Source of the DNA: Octopus sinensis
Lineage: Eukaryota
Length of the DNA: 64,000 bases
Assembly: GCF_006345805.1 (NCBI RefSeq)
Contig: NC_043009.1
Location: 60,636,001-60,700,000, forward strand
Direction of reading: 5' to 3'
In this document: piece by piece, positions 52,601 through 64,000 of the stretch
Numbering within the stretch: position 1 is the stretch's first letter
How the letters are laid out: each line of letters starts with the position of its first letter
Notes under the pieces: model-generated
The model's database searches: none
The model's input: the letters and a program-made list of their open reading frames with translations, nothing else
What the model was told of the DNA's origin: nothing
Translations under genes and position numbers: made by a program

Positions 52601-53417
52601 GTCATTCCCTCACTCTCTTCCACACACTCACCATCTCTCCCTTCATCTACCCCTCTCTCTCCTGTGCTCTCTCTTCCTTTCCCTTCCCTCACCCTTCTAC
52701 CCTGCCTTCTTTGTGTATTCCTTCTCTCTCACTTTCTCTACTATTTTGCATCCATTTCCCCCCATTATTGCCTTAAGTAGGATAGTTTTCATACTATAGC
52801 ACCAGTTTCTACATCTGAATACCTTTATAGCTCCCCACTGATAACCGCCCGACCATTGACTAAGGAGCAGAGTAGAGTCAATACTAATAAAAAAAAAAAT
52901 TTTAATTAATTTAAAATTGCTTGGTTCACTACATCAAATATGTTAGTACCATAGGTTTTCTGTGCAACAGACGTCCTTGAATATCTTTTGCCATCACCAC
53001 TACCACCACCACTACCATCACTGCCACCACCACCACCACAACAATCTTCTGAGCCAGTTTTTTTGCCAACTAAGCAGATTAAAGGATCTGTGTTTAGAGA
53101 CATGATATGGCAGAGGGGGGAAAGAATGTCAAGCGAGTGTTTTGCACACTAAATACAAATATTACAGAGTTACATATCTTTTATCTTTTGCTTGTTTCAG
53201 TCATTGGACTACAGCCATGCTGGAGCACCACCTTGAAGGGTCTGAACCAAACAAATCAACCCTTGTATTTATTATTTTTCATAAAGTTTGGTATATATCC
53301 TTTCAGTATCTTTTGCTGAACCGCTAGGCTACAGGGATATAAACAAAACAACACTGGTTTTCAAGCAATGGTGGGAAACAAAGACAAAACCCAAAACTAT
53401 ACACAAATGTATACATA

Positions 53418-53472
<55 letters not shown>

Positions 53473-53559
53473 GTACATACACACACACACATACTTATAT
53501 ACATTCATATATATGTGCGTGTGTGTGTGTGTGTGTATGTATGTCATCATCATCATCAT

Positions 53560-53617
<58 letters not shown>

Positions 53618-53620
<3 letters not shown>

Positions 53621-53770
53621 AGAGTTTATGGAAGAAAAACAAAAGACAAGACAGGTGGTGTACAAAACAAACAGATATATTAGGATAACGCTCAGGAATT
53701 GAAAAAGTCTTTTACATTTCGAGCCTACGCTCTTCTACAGAAAGGGACACAGAAAAACAAGGAGAGAATA
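53618..53770 (-). mobile_element. pLTR-type fragment with HHR-like motif (53708-53745), same family as the 19.5-20.3 kb dimer
   Basis: CCUUU-CUGUAGA-A-GAGC-guag-GCUC-GAAA-UG-UA-AAAGA, in (TA)n. Confidence 0.65.
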
Positions 53771-53814
53771 TATATATATATATAATATATATACAGACAG
53801 ACAGACAGACAGAC

Positions 53815-53907
<93 letters not shown>

Positions 53908-54429
53908 GATAGGAAACTTTAAAATGTAATATTCAAACCTTGTTTAGGGTATGTCCCTAGTAGTGTGCCATGGGAGCACATTCACCACGTATGACTACCG
54001 GACATCATCTGTAGTACTGAATTTTAATCACAGGATCTACTTGGTGCATGTTTAATGTATTTTAAATAATTGACAGAGAAGATAGAATGTACTTTATTTA
54101 GCACAATGATCGTTTTGGCTTACATTTGCACTGTTCCCTGGCGGGGTGAGGAACAATGTAATGGAACCAAAGGCATCCCACAGTGCAGAAGAAACCTCAT
54201 CAGGTTATATAATATGTTACAGTGTTATGATATGTACATTTAGCTACTGTGTGTGGCAGGATGGTGTTGGTGTGATGCATGCGTTTATAGTATCAGCTTG
54301 AGTAAAAAGTAAGCAATGTTTTGAACCACGAAGAATTTGTACTGGATTTTTGCAGAGTTTCAAATTTTTTAAAGCAATTTTTTGTAGTTGTTTGATAATA
54401 CAGACGTAGACTTGCCTAAATGCATCAAA

Positions 54430-54665
54430 GTTCTTCTCCACCCACTTTATACCCCAGACCTTTCTCCTACTGACTACCACTTCTTCAAGCACCTTGATGG
54501 TTTCCTGTGAGAGAAGGAGTTGAATAATCAAACCAATGCTAAAAGTGCGTTCAAAGAGTTCATCAGCTCCAGAAATCCAGATTTTTATGTGACTGGAAGA
54601 AACAAACTTGAAATTTGTTGGCAAAAATGTGTTGATTGTAATGGTACTTACTTTGATGAATGAAA
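54430..54665 (+). mobile_element. Mariner transposase C-terminal fragment (cecropia-like)
   Basis: YTPDLSPTDYHFFKHLDGFL..WQKCVDCNGTYFDE. Confidence 0.85.
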
Positions 54666-55174
54666 TTCCCACATTGTTGAAATATGTTGTGATGAATTTC
54701 ATGTTTCAAAGCGTTCCAAGAATCGAAACCACAATCTTATGATCATGAGTCCAACACCCTAACCACTAAGCCATGCACTTCAACATGCCTGTACCTATGG
54801 AATATAGTGAAGTAAAAAGCTTTACTTGATTAACTTGTTTGGATAACCACAGTTAATCATTGTTTCCCCTCTCATAACAAACACACTCACACACACGCAT
54901 ATAGACTCACATACACACAACATTGGTCAGCCCGGAGCTATAGAAGATACTTGCCCAAGGTGCTACACGGTGAGATTGAACCCAAAACCACACGGTTGCA
55001 AAGTGAGCTTCTTAACCACACAGCTATGCATGTACCTAGGATTACTTTCGTTGTAATGTACCACATCATCTCAATCTATAGCTCCATCAGTGTTTTTAAC
55101 TTAAGTGTTCTCTTAACCTTTATTGACATAGATTTAACCTAACAAATTATTCTTTTATTCTTTTAATTTACAGG

Positions 55175-55370
55175 CCCATGATGAGGATATCTGGTCCGTA
55201 TTCTTGAATTGTCTGACCTGCGTCAATTGGGAAATTTCAAACTTCTGTAATCTTTTTTCCTTCCATGCCTGGCCTTCTGAGTGGTATTCAAGCCATTTGG
55301 TAGCAACTCAAATTCCGTAATGGTTGCATATCTTCCAATGTAAGTATTGACCTACTTTGTCACACTGATA
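55175..55370 (-). mobile_element. R4/Dong-like LINE C-terminal fragment next to (ATT)n
   Basis: DKVGQYLHWKICNHYGI*VATKW and FPIDAGQTIQEYGPDILIM (RLE PD motif). Confidence 0.7.
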
Positions 55371-55397
55371 TTGTTGTTGTTGTTGTTGTTGTTGTCG

Positions 55398-55516
<119 letters not shown>

Positions 55517-55740
55517 TAAGGCAGCAAACTGGCAGAATCTTTAGCATGCCTGGCAAAATGCTTGGCAGTATTTTGCCCATTGCTATGTTCTGGGTTCAAA
55601 TTCTGCCGAGGTCAACTTTGCCTTTCATCCTTTTTTGGGTCTATAAAGTAAGTACCAGTTGAACACTGGGGTCAATGTAATCGCTTCATCTCCTCCACCT
55701 CAACCCAAAAAATTGCTGCCCCTGTGGCAAAATTTGAAAC

Positions 55741-55798
<58 letters not shown>

Positions 55799-55835
55799 GT
55801 TGTTGTTGTTGTTGTTGTTATTGTTATTATTATTG

Positions 55836-55896
<61 letters not shown>

Positions 55897-55910
55897 CATC
55901 ATCATCATTA

Positions 55911-56467
55911 TTGAGTGAGAGAGCAGTGCATGCCATCAAAGTGACACTGGGGTAAAATATACGAAGCCCAATATACCCATCATGATACCTGTCTGATAAG
56001 GATACACTAGTCACATGCATCACAACCATATGTGTGCGACATGGTGATTTCATATCAAGATAAACAGCACATGACCTTGTAGGTGGGGCCCAGTTAGAAT
56101 TTTCTTCTGGTCGAGTAACCCATCCCGTTCAAAAGGTCCCTGAAAAAGGGTTGTTTAAGGATTTTGAATGAACCACCCATGTTTCCAAAGGTGAATTATC
56201 CAAACCTCCAAGAATTACTTTCAACACACGGCTATGATGCTCCCCCACTACTTCTGCTCATGATCAGAGATGCACATATCGTCAGCCAATAAGGGACATG
56301 CTCAACTGGTTAAGGTCAAACAACTGATAAGCAAATCTGTGGTATTGAGCAGAATATTTGCTGTAGCCCATCTTTTATACCAAGACAAAACAATGTACGT
56401 GATATCACTTCCAATCAGTTAAGATCAGAAGCCATGAAAGCCACTACCTGGTACTGCATCAGGGCAT
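55911..56467. repeat. Unclassified ~555-bp insertion flanked on both sides by (ATT)n
   Basis: Complex sequence embedded in an ATT microsatellite; probably a retroelement end. Confidence 0.4.
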
Positions 56468-56689
56468 TTATTATTATTGTTGTTGTTCTTGTTGTTTTTG
56501 TTGTTAAGGCAACGTGCTGGCAGAATTGTCAGCAAAAACTGGCAGAATTGTCAACAAAAACTACTTGTTTAATCCTTTAGCCCTCAGATTACTCTGTAAT
56601 ATTTATTTATTCACATTGTTTTGAATTAACCATATATTATCTTGTGGCTTCAAGATTTCAATGATGTGAGTAGTTATTATTAATTTGAA

Positions 56690-57124
56690 CCAAAAAAATC
56701 AAAGAATTGAGACCAGAGATTGCCAAGAGGAAAGAGGTAGTGTTCCAACAAGACCATGCCTAACCGCACGTGTCTTTGGTGACCCAAACAAAATTACATG
56801 AACTTGGTTGGGTTCTCTTACCCCATCCAGCCATATTCTCCTGATATTGTGTCATCTGACAATCACTTGTTTTGGCCTTTACAGAACTCATTGCAAGGAA
56901 AAACATTTAACAATTTAGATGGAGTCAAAATGCATCTGGATAAATTTTTTTCTTGAAACCCATTCAAATTTTATACTGATAAAATATTTAAATTGCCTGA
57001 TAGAGTGCAAAGGTCATTAATAATAATGGAAATTATTCCTTGAATAAAACCTATCGAAAGGTCAATTATTCATATCCCCTTTTTGCATATTAAAAACTGC
57101 TCAGAACTTTCTGGACAACCTAAT
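56690..57124 (+). mobile_element. Mariner 3' fragment with TIR
   Basis: VVFQQDHA*PH..ELGWVLLPHP, PYSPDIVSSDNHLF. TIR gaactttctggacaacctaa followed by TA. Confidence 0.85.
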
Positions 57125-57725
57125 AAATTATTAATTAGTATTTTCAAAAGACAGAAGCTAAAATTAACAATAAGCACAAACCTGAAAATTATATATATTC
57201 TGTATTTAACATTAAATATGAAAACTGGCAAATGCTATGTCTATCAAAAAAACCAAATAAAGCGACAATGCTCAAACACTTGCCATCAGTTATAAATCAC
57301 ATTACAGATAAAATTAATGATTGTATAGTTTCAATTATGGAAATGTTCAATTAATTTAACCCATGCTACAAAAAGTTTTAGGAAGAAGTGATTTTAATGA
57401 TAAACTGAAATATATAGAAACAGCCCACACCAAAAAATAAAACAGAGATAGAAAATAATAGGGTCCAGTCCATTTTGCTGGATAATTGGAAGTACAAATA
57501 TTGAAACAAACTTTCTAACATTGACATACACACCCTTCTCCACTTTAGATGTGTATCATGAAATTGTTAATAAGAATTAAATCAAAGCTGGCTCCAGCTG
57601 TTTGTGAAATATAGAATAACAAATCTCCAACCTTAATCAAGAGCTATGAAACAGAATGCAACCAACACAAAGTGAATACGACTGTAGACGTATATCCATT
57701 TTTCCCTTAACAAAAACTACTTGTT

Positions 57726-57939
57726 TAATCCTTTAGCCCTCAGATTACTCTGTAATATTTATTTAGTCACATTGTTTTGAATTAACCATATATTATCTTG
57801 TGGCTTCAAGATTTCAATGATGTGAAGTACTTATTTTTAAACTAACATTGTAGGGTGTGAGAGGTTGTATCTAACCAGTTTAAACATAAAACAGGTAGCA
57901 TATATATTTGATACAAAGTTTAAATGCTTAAAGGGTTAA
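57726..57939. mobile_element. TTAA-flanked MITE (piggyBac-type), partial copies at ~27370-27535, 41090-41318 and 56570-56668
   Basis: ttaa-tcctttagc ... gcttaaaggg-ttaa. Confidence 0.7.
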
Positions 57940-58620
57940 TGAGCTTGTGCCTAAAACTGACATAGACAATTGACAGGACAGAAAAAATATCAGCTTAACT
58001 GAAATTACCTGTAAAAATCTCAGTAAAAACAGTTTAATCAAGAGCTTGGATACGGGACAGGAGCAACTTAATTATCAAAATATATATTTGGTACTATAAA
58101 TATGAGAAGTAACTCTGCAATATACTTGCACATTACTGCACAAGTAAAAATCATATGTTGTTTGATGTAGTAATTGCAATTTATACGCAATTAGAAATCT
58201 TGAAATATTAACACTGTTCATCAATATCTGTAAAATGAAACAAACAGACAGAAATCTTTCAAATATATTTTTGTATAGGTTGTATTCAAATTACAAAGAG
58301 GTTACGTATGTCATTTACTATCAAAGTTGGGGTTGTGAAATCTGATACTCAAAATTTATGTTTTTGGTATGTGTGACTTGATAATGCAATTAATATAGAA
58401 GGAAGAAGGTGCCTATCTCCACTACAGTTGCTTCCCTTTAAATTGTGATACATTCTTCCTGTCCATGAATGAATTTTATGTCTGAGACACATGTGTTTGG
58501 GTTGGCAAATGAAAGGGATAAGTAACAGGACCATTTATTATAGAAAATTTACCATCCAAGGAAATAAGAATTTGTATAAACCCTGAGCTACAACAGAAAA
58601 AGAACCAACTGCATAAAACA

Positions 58621-58659
<39 letters not shown>

Positions 58660-59378
58660 GCACATGCTTACATTGTTTGCACACACACACACATGCACAC
58701 CTGCACTGCACATGCTTACATTGTTTGCACACACACATTCATGTATGTGTGTGTTTATATATATATTCATGAACACTCGTGTGCAATCAGCAGGGTTTGT
58801 TTTTATTGTCACTATGGTTAATGAAGATTAGTTGACACAACAGTGTCACATCTACATATTTACTAATTAAAAATTCTTTTCGAATTATTTCATGTAATAT
58901 TTTCTCTCAAATGTATTTTAGTTATGATTAAACTCTCTTATGTTTTGACACTATACACGGAATATTTAATTCAGTGAATTCTGTCATATTCAATCCACTT
59001 CCAGTATTTGCAGGCTAAAGGCCTTCTATTATTTTTTTCTATACATCATTATTTTTATTTCTTGTTCAACGTCATACTTTTTACTAACTACACCTCTTTC
59101 TTCTAATGAAAGCATATTATTTAAGCATAATATTATTTCAACACTGGCATGGCAGAGCAATTTAGAAACTTTGTAGTTAGCAATTCAGTCCCACTGCATA
59201 AATGTTGTTGGCTAACATCCTATATTATAGCCTTGGGCTGACCAATACTTTGTGGGTGGAATTGGTAGACAGAAAATTAAGCCTGTTATGTTTGTATGCA
59301 TTTATACTGTGTGTGTCTGTTTGTGTGAGTGAGTGATTATATGTTTTTCCCCTTTCCGTTTGTGTGTTCGCTGACTTG

Positions 59379-59574
59379 TACAATGAGGTACTGAAAAGTT
59401 CCTGGTTTTAAGGGTGTCACAAAAAACCTGCTTGGAGACCCAACCTTCCAAATTCTTTTACAGGGCTTAGAAAAAACTGAGTGACTGCTGCAATAAATGT
59501 GTGAATCTGAGAAGGGAATATGTTGAACAGAATCACAATTAACTGATCCTCCTGTATTTTCTTTTACCTAAAGC
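59379..59574 (+). mobile_element. Mariner-derived MITE truncated by a SINE
   Basis: TIR-like tacaatgaggtactgaaaagttcctgg; the internal sequence reads as a mariner C-terminus (..NKCVNLR/EYVE). Confidence 0.6.
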
Positions 59575-60870
59575 GTGGGAGTGGCTGTGTGGTAAGTAGC
59601 TTACTTACGAACCACATGGTTCCGGGTTCAGTCCCACTGCATGGCACCTTGGGCAAGTGTCTTCTACTATAGCCTCAGGCTTACCAAAGCCTTGTGAGTG
59701 GATTTGGTAGACGGAAACTAAAGGAAGCCCTTCGTATATATGTATGTATATATATATATATATATATATACATTAATTATAATAAAGGGTTAATTGCAAC
59801 AAGTTGCTCAAAACCACATACCGAAAGTATTAGAAATAGCAGCCAAATAGATCACTATTTCTCCTACTAATAAAAAAGTCTCCACAAACAAACAGGATTT
59901 GTAACCCATATATGGTAAAGAGAAAGAAAATAACGAAATCCCAGCCTATTGGATTAATTATAGACGAATCGTTTCTGGATTAGAACCAAAGTTCATTTCC
60001 TTGTCAATATAATATTTCCTATAAATCTAGAAATGCTAGGAAAAAAACTCACCCATTACACCAGCTCGATCAGGCGACATCGAACGATCTAACGGTCCTC
60101 TAGCATCTCTACATTTATATAGACAGGCAAATTCGTATCTCCCTCCAAAATTACCACGTGAGTTACAAAAACATTACCAACGAAATGAAGTTTCGTAGAT
60201 TTATTGTAAGGGAGCAATAGTATTCAATATACAAAAAAGGGTGAAATATAATTAATTTAATAAAATTAATAAATTTCACCTAGTTGATTTTTCAGTATGG
60301 AAAAGACCATATTTGGTAAGAATTATATTAATTATAATAAAGGGTTAATTGCAACAAGTTGCTCAAAACCACATATTTTCTTTCTCTTTACCATATACGG
60401 GTTACAAATCCTGTTTGTTTGTGGAGACTTTTTTATTATTCTTAGAAATAGGGATCTATTTCTAATACTTTCGGTATTTGGTTTTGAGCAACTTGTTGCA
60501 ATTAACCCTTTATTATAATTAATATAATTCTTACCAAATATGGTCTTTTCCATACCGAAAAATCTACTAGGTGAAATTTATTAATTTTATTAAATTAATT
60601 ATATTTCACCCTTTTTTGTATATATATATATATATATATACACACACATGTGTGTGTATATGTTTCTGTGTCTGTGTTTGTCTCCCACCCCCAACATGGC
60701 TTGACAACCGATGCTGGTGTGTTTACGTCCCCGTAACTTAGCGGTTCGGCAAAAGAGACCGATAGAATTAAGTTCTAGGCTTGCAAGGAATAAGTCCTGG
60801 GGTCGATTTGCTCGACTAAAAGTGGTGCTCCAGCATGGCCATAGTCAAATGACTGAAACAAGTAAAAGAG
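59575..60870 (+). mobile_element. SINE family B split by a Penelope pLTR complex (59770-60621) inserted in its central (TA)n
   Basis: Head at 59575-59745, tail at 60640-60870. The insert has direct and inverted copies (60228-60375 vs 60478-60621) and an HHR at 59957-60013. Confidence 0.85.
59957..60013 (-). ncRNA. Hammerhead-like motif, U3:A8 variant
   Basis: AUUAUA-UUGACAA-GGA..UCCa-GAAA-CGAUUCG-UC-UAUAAU. Confidence 0.6.
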
Positions 60871-60907
60871 CATAATTTTTGGCTCTCCCTCATATTTACA
60901 CACACAC

Positions 60908-61262
60908 ATCATCATCATCATCATTGTTCGACCGTGGTCGAGACAATGGAATTTACCATGCTACGCCAGACTTCACGGTCCATCATGGCATTACGGAGGT
61001 CCTGTTGCTGGATGCCTGTATCCCTGGAGATTACATCAGGGTAGGAGAGTGTGCGCCCTCTGGTATTGCGAGTAGATGGCTTCCAGAGGAGAAGAGTAGA
61101 AATTACCTCTTTTTCAGCTCTACAACAATGTCCAGCAAACTGGACTCTCCTACCTTTCACAAGAGATGACACAGGTGGTAGTTTCCCATATATTTGCATT
61201 TTGGTTGGATGGCGCTTCCACGAGAGATTTTGAGCTCTCATAAGGAGGCGAGTGTAGGTTCT
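60908..61262 (-). mobile_element. RTE-group LINE 3' fragment with (TGA)n tail
   Basis: YTRLLMRAQNLSWKRH..RRVQFAGHCCR..AMMDREVWR. Confidence 0.85.
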
Positions 61263-61720
61263 ACACACACACACACACACACACATTAATTAGAAATATT
61301 AAGGAAACGAATTACTTAAAAGTATTATTTTGGAACATTTCTTAAGCAGTTATGGATTTTTATGACTTTGATTGTGTGGAATTTATGATGTTTATAACAA
61401 TATTATCGTAAGAATCTAAAATGAAACCAAAAGTGTGAGTGTGAAGCAGCTGTTTTTGTGTCATTCACAAAGGTTTTCAGATGAAAGAACAAAGCAATAA
61501 GCGTGTCTCTTGAAACTTTCTCATCATATTTCAAAAGGGAATTTAAGCATTGAATATTTCAACAGAAAACTCAGTTCAGCTTAGCAGCTGATGATCAGAA
61601 ACAAGTAACTCCAAGGACTGGAAATTGGAGCATTTAAGTCATAATGTATTACAGAGTCTTGTAATTTATCACTCCTAGTAAATCAACAGATGTGTGTGTA
61701 TGTGTGTGTGCATGAGTGTG

Positions 61721-61755
<35 letters not shown>

Positions 61756-61994
61756 GTGTGTATTTATTGTCAGTGGTTTATATATGCAAAAAAGAAGCAC
61801 AAATTAAAATGTTAGAGCAGTAATGCATTAAATGTATTTACAGAAAGTGAATTATATGGCTGGTCATAGATGTCCCTGTAACTTAGCAGTTCAGCAAAAG
61901 TGACCGATAGTCTGTGGTACACTATGGAGTCATACTCAGTGACTGGTGTAGCAGCACCATAGTCAACTGCTACAAAGGTAAAGATGCATTAAAA

Positions 61995-62260
61995 TAAAAA
62001 TAAATGCGCCCTTTTAAAGCCTAGCCAGGCTCATGGGTCTGGTTTCCCGGTTTCTATGGCGTATGTGTTCCCCAGCTGGATTGGACGCCAGTCCATCGCA
62101 GCGTTACTCATTTTTGCCAGCTGAGTGGACTGGACTGAGTGGACTGTGAAATGAAGTGTTTTGCTCAAGAATACAACGTGTCGCCCGGTCCAGGAATCGA
62201 AACCACAATCTTACAATCATGATGCTGACACCCTAACCACTAAACCAACGCGCCTCCACA
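61995..62260 (-). mobile_element. SINE family D
   Basis: Near-identical to 14609-14845. Confidence 0.8.
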
Positions 62261-62282
62261 AAGGTGATGCATTAGATAGAAA

Positions 62283-63797
62283 TAAATAGAGGTATCAAAT
62301 TGTTGGATCAGGTGATGAAAGTCATGAACAGGGTCATAGACCAACTACTCAGGGAGGGAGTTAGTCTAAGTGAGATGCAGTTTAGGTTTGTGCCAGGGAG
62401 AAGCACCACTGATGCTATATTTTGACAGCTGCAGGAGAAATACCTAGCCAAAGATAAACCTTTGTACCTGGTTTTGTTGACATGGAGAAAACCTTTGACA
62501 GGGTCCTCTGCCCCCTTATCTGGTGGTCAATGCAAAAATGAGAGATAGGAAAGTGGTTGGTGAAAGTTGTACAAGCCATTACAGGGATGCAGTCAGTAAG
62601 GTGAGGGTTTGCAATGAGTATAGCACAGAATTCAGGGTACAAGTAGGGTTCACCTTGGACCAGGGGTCAGTTCCATCTTGTTCATCATAGTCCTCCAGGC
62701 AATAACAGAGGGATTTAAGGCATGCTGCCCTTGGGAGTTCCTCTATGCTGATGACTTTATTTTTATTGCGGAATCACTACCAGAACTAGAGCAGAAATTC
62801 CAGGTGTGGAAGCAAGGTCTAGAATCAAAGGGCATTAGAGCTAACCTAACAAAAACCAAAGCAGACAATTCACAAATCCTCTCAGGTAGATGACCCTGCT
62901 AGATCTGTAGGAAAGGTGTAGATAGAAATTCCATAAGATGTATTTACCCCTGTATTTACCCCTTTGCTTGCGAAGACCTGTTGGGGCAAGTGAAATCGAA
63001 ATCGAAATCAGAATCGAAATTGAACCAATCCTATGACTGGCACCCGGCAGATGCCAGGACCCCTGGACTGGTGGTACGTAAAAAGCACTAGCCGAAGCCA
63101 GTGCCGCCTCAACTGGCACGTAAAATGCACCAATCCGACCGTGGCCGTTGCCAGCCTCACCTGGCACCTATGCAGGTGGCACGTAAAAAGCACCCACTAC
63201 ACTCACGGAGTGGTTGGCGTTAGGAAGGGCATCCAGCTGTAGAAACATTGCCAGATAAGACTGGAGCCTGGTGCAGCCTTCTGGCTTCCCAGATCCCCGG
63301 TCGAACCATCCAACCCATGCCAGCATGGAGAACGGACGTTAAACGATGATGATGATGATGTACCTGATGTAAGCTATGGACACATAAGAGGTGCAGTAAT
63401 ATCAGAGGAAGGTTAACAGGGAAACTAGCTTTTGTGTGTGGAAGGTGCACAGGTATGATTAACACTAAAAATGTACAGAAAAACACTCCATCAAATGCCA
63501 GGGGGAAAAATTAAAAGTAGTTGATCCCTTCTCTTTCATTACCTAGATGACCAAGTCAGTAGCAGAGGTGGATGCTCCAACAGCATAGCTGCTAGAATAA
63601 GAATAGGTTGGGCAAAGTTCAGAGAACTTAAACATCTATTGGTAACAAAGGGCCTCTCTCTCAAAGTGAAGGGCAAATTGTATGATGCCTGTGTGCAAAC
63701 AGGCATGCTACATGTCTGTGAAACATGGACTATGACTGCTGAGGACATGCATAGGTTTGAAAGAAATGCAGCTAGCATACTTTGCTGGATGTGCAGA
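62283..63797 (+). mobile_element. Degenerate RTE LINE RT with an internal PHD finger, interrupted by an RTE 3' end (62943-63360)
   Basis: MQFRFVPGRSTTDA, FVDMEKTFDRV, LYADD, a C4HC3 insert, then YLDD..ARIRIGWAKFREL..ETW. An ATGTA duplication flanks the nested insert. Confidence 0.85.
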
Positions 63798-64000
63798 CCA
63801 ACATGAAAAGCTCCATTGAAAATCAAAGAGCTGTGGCAGAACAGTGGGTAATCAAAAACATCAAACAGAACCTAAAAGTGTTCTGTTCTTATGCAAATAA
63901 GTATAGAACCACTGTCTTACCCATTGGGCCATTGATTGATGATAACGGCATTCCCCAACACGATGCTAAAGAAATGGCAGAAATACTGCAGAAACAATAC
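63798..64000 (+). mobile_element. CR1/L2-group LINE ORF2 linker fragment
   Basis: IKNIKQNLKVFCSYANK..IGPLIDDNG..DAKEMAEILQKQY. Confidence 0.7.

Noticed and set aside
55174-55339. Plus-strand exon-like segment (tttacag| ... |gtaagt)
   Set aside because: Stops in all three frames, and the minus strand encodes an R4/Dong-like LINE fragment. Antisense exonisation cannot be excluded without RNA data.

Overview
This is AT-rich, microsatellite-dense eukaryotic non-coding DNA, most likely from an octopus or related coleoid cephalopod (inferred from the tRNA-derived SINE families and the TA/TACA/ATT/GATA microsatellite load). I found no recognisable intact host gene; most ORF-track entries are microsatellite artefacts. 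The window is a nest of transposable elements. DNA elements: decayed mariner/Tc1, hAT, piggyBac-type MITEs and four non-autonomous Helitrons. Retroelements: RTE, CR1-like and R4/Dong-like LINE fragments, four SINE families, a solo LTR and a ~4.3-kb Penelope-like element (RT plus GIY-YIG). The most striking hidden layer is about 15 minimal hammerhead-ribozyme (HHR) or HHR-like motifs. They sit in Penelope pseudo-LTR-type fragments next to (TA)n/(ATT)n tracts, and several have a compensatory U3:A8 core. Also notable are long near-perfect fold-back palindromes, a 421-bp HHR-bearing tandem dimer (retrozyme-like), SINE multimers with one fixed junction, and an RTE reverse transcriptase with a PHD finger inserted inside it. 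All coordinates were read by eye and may be off by a few bases.
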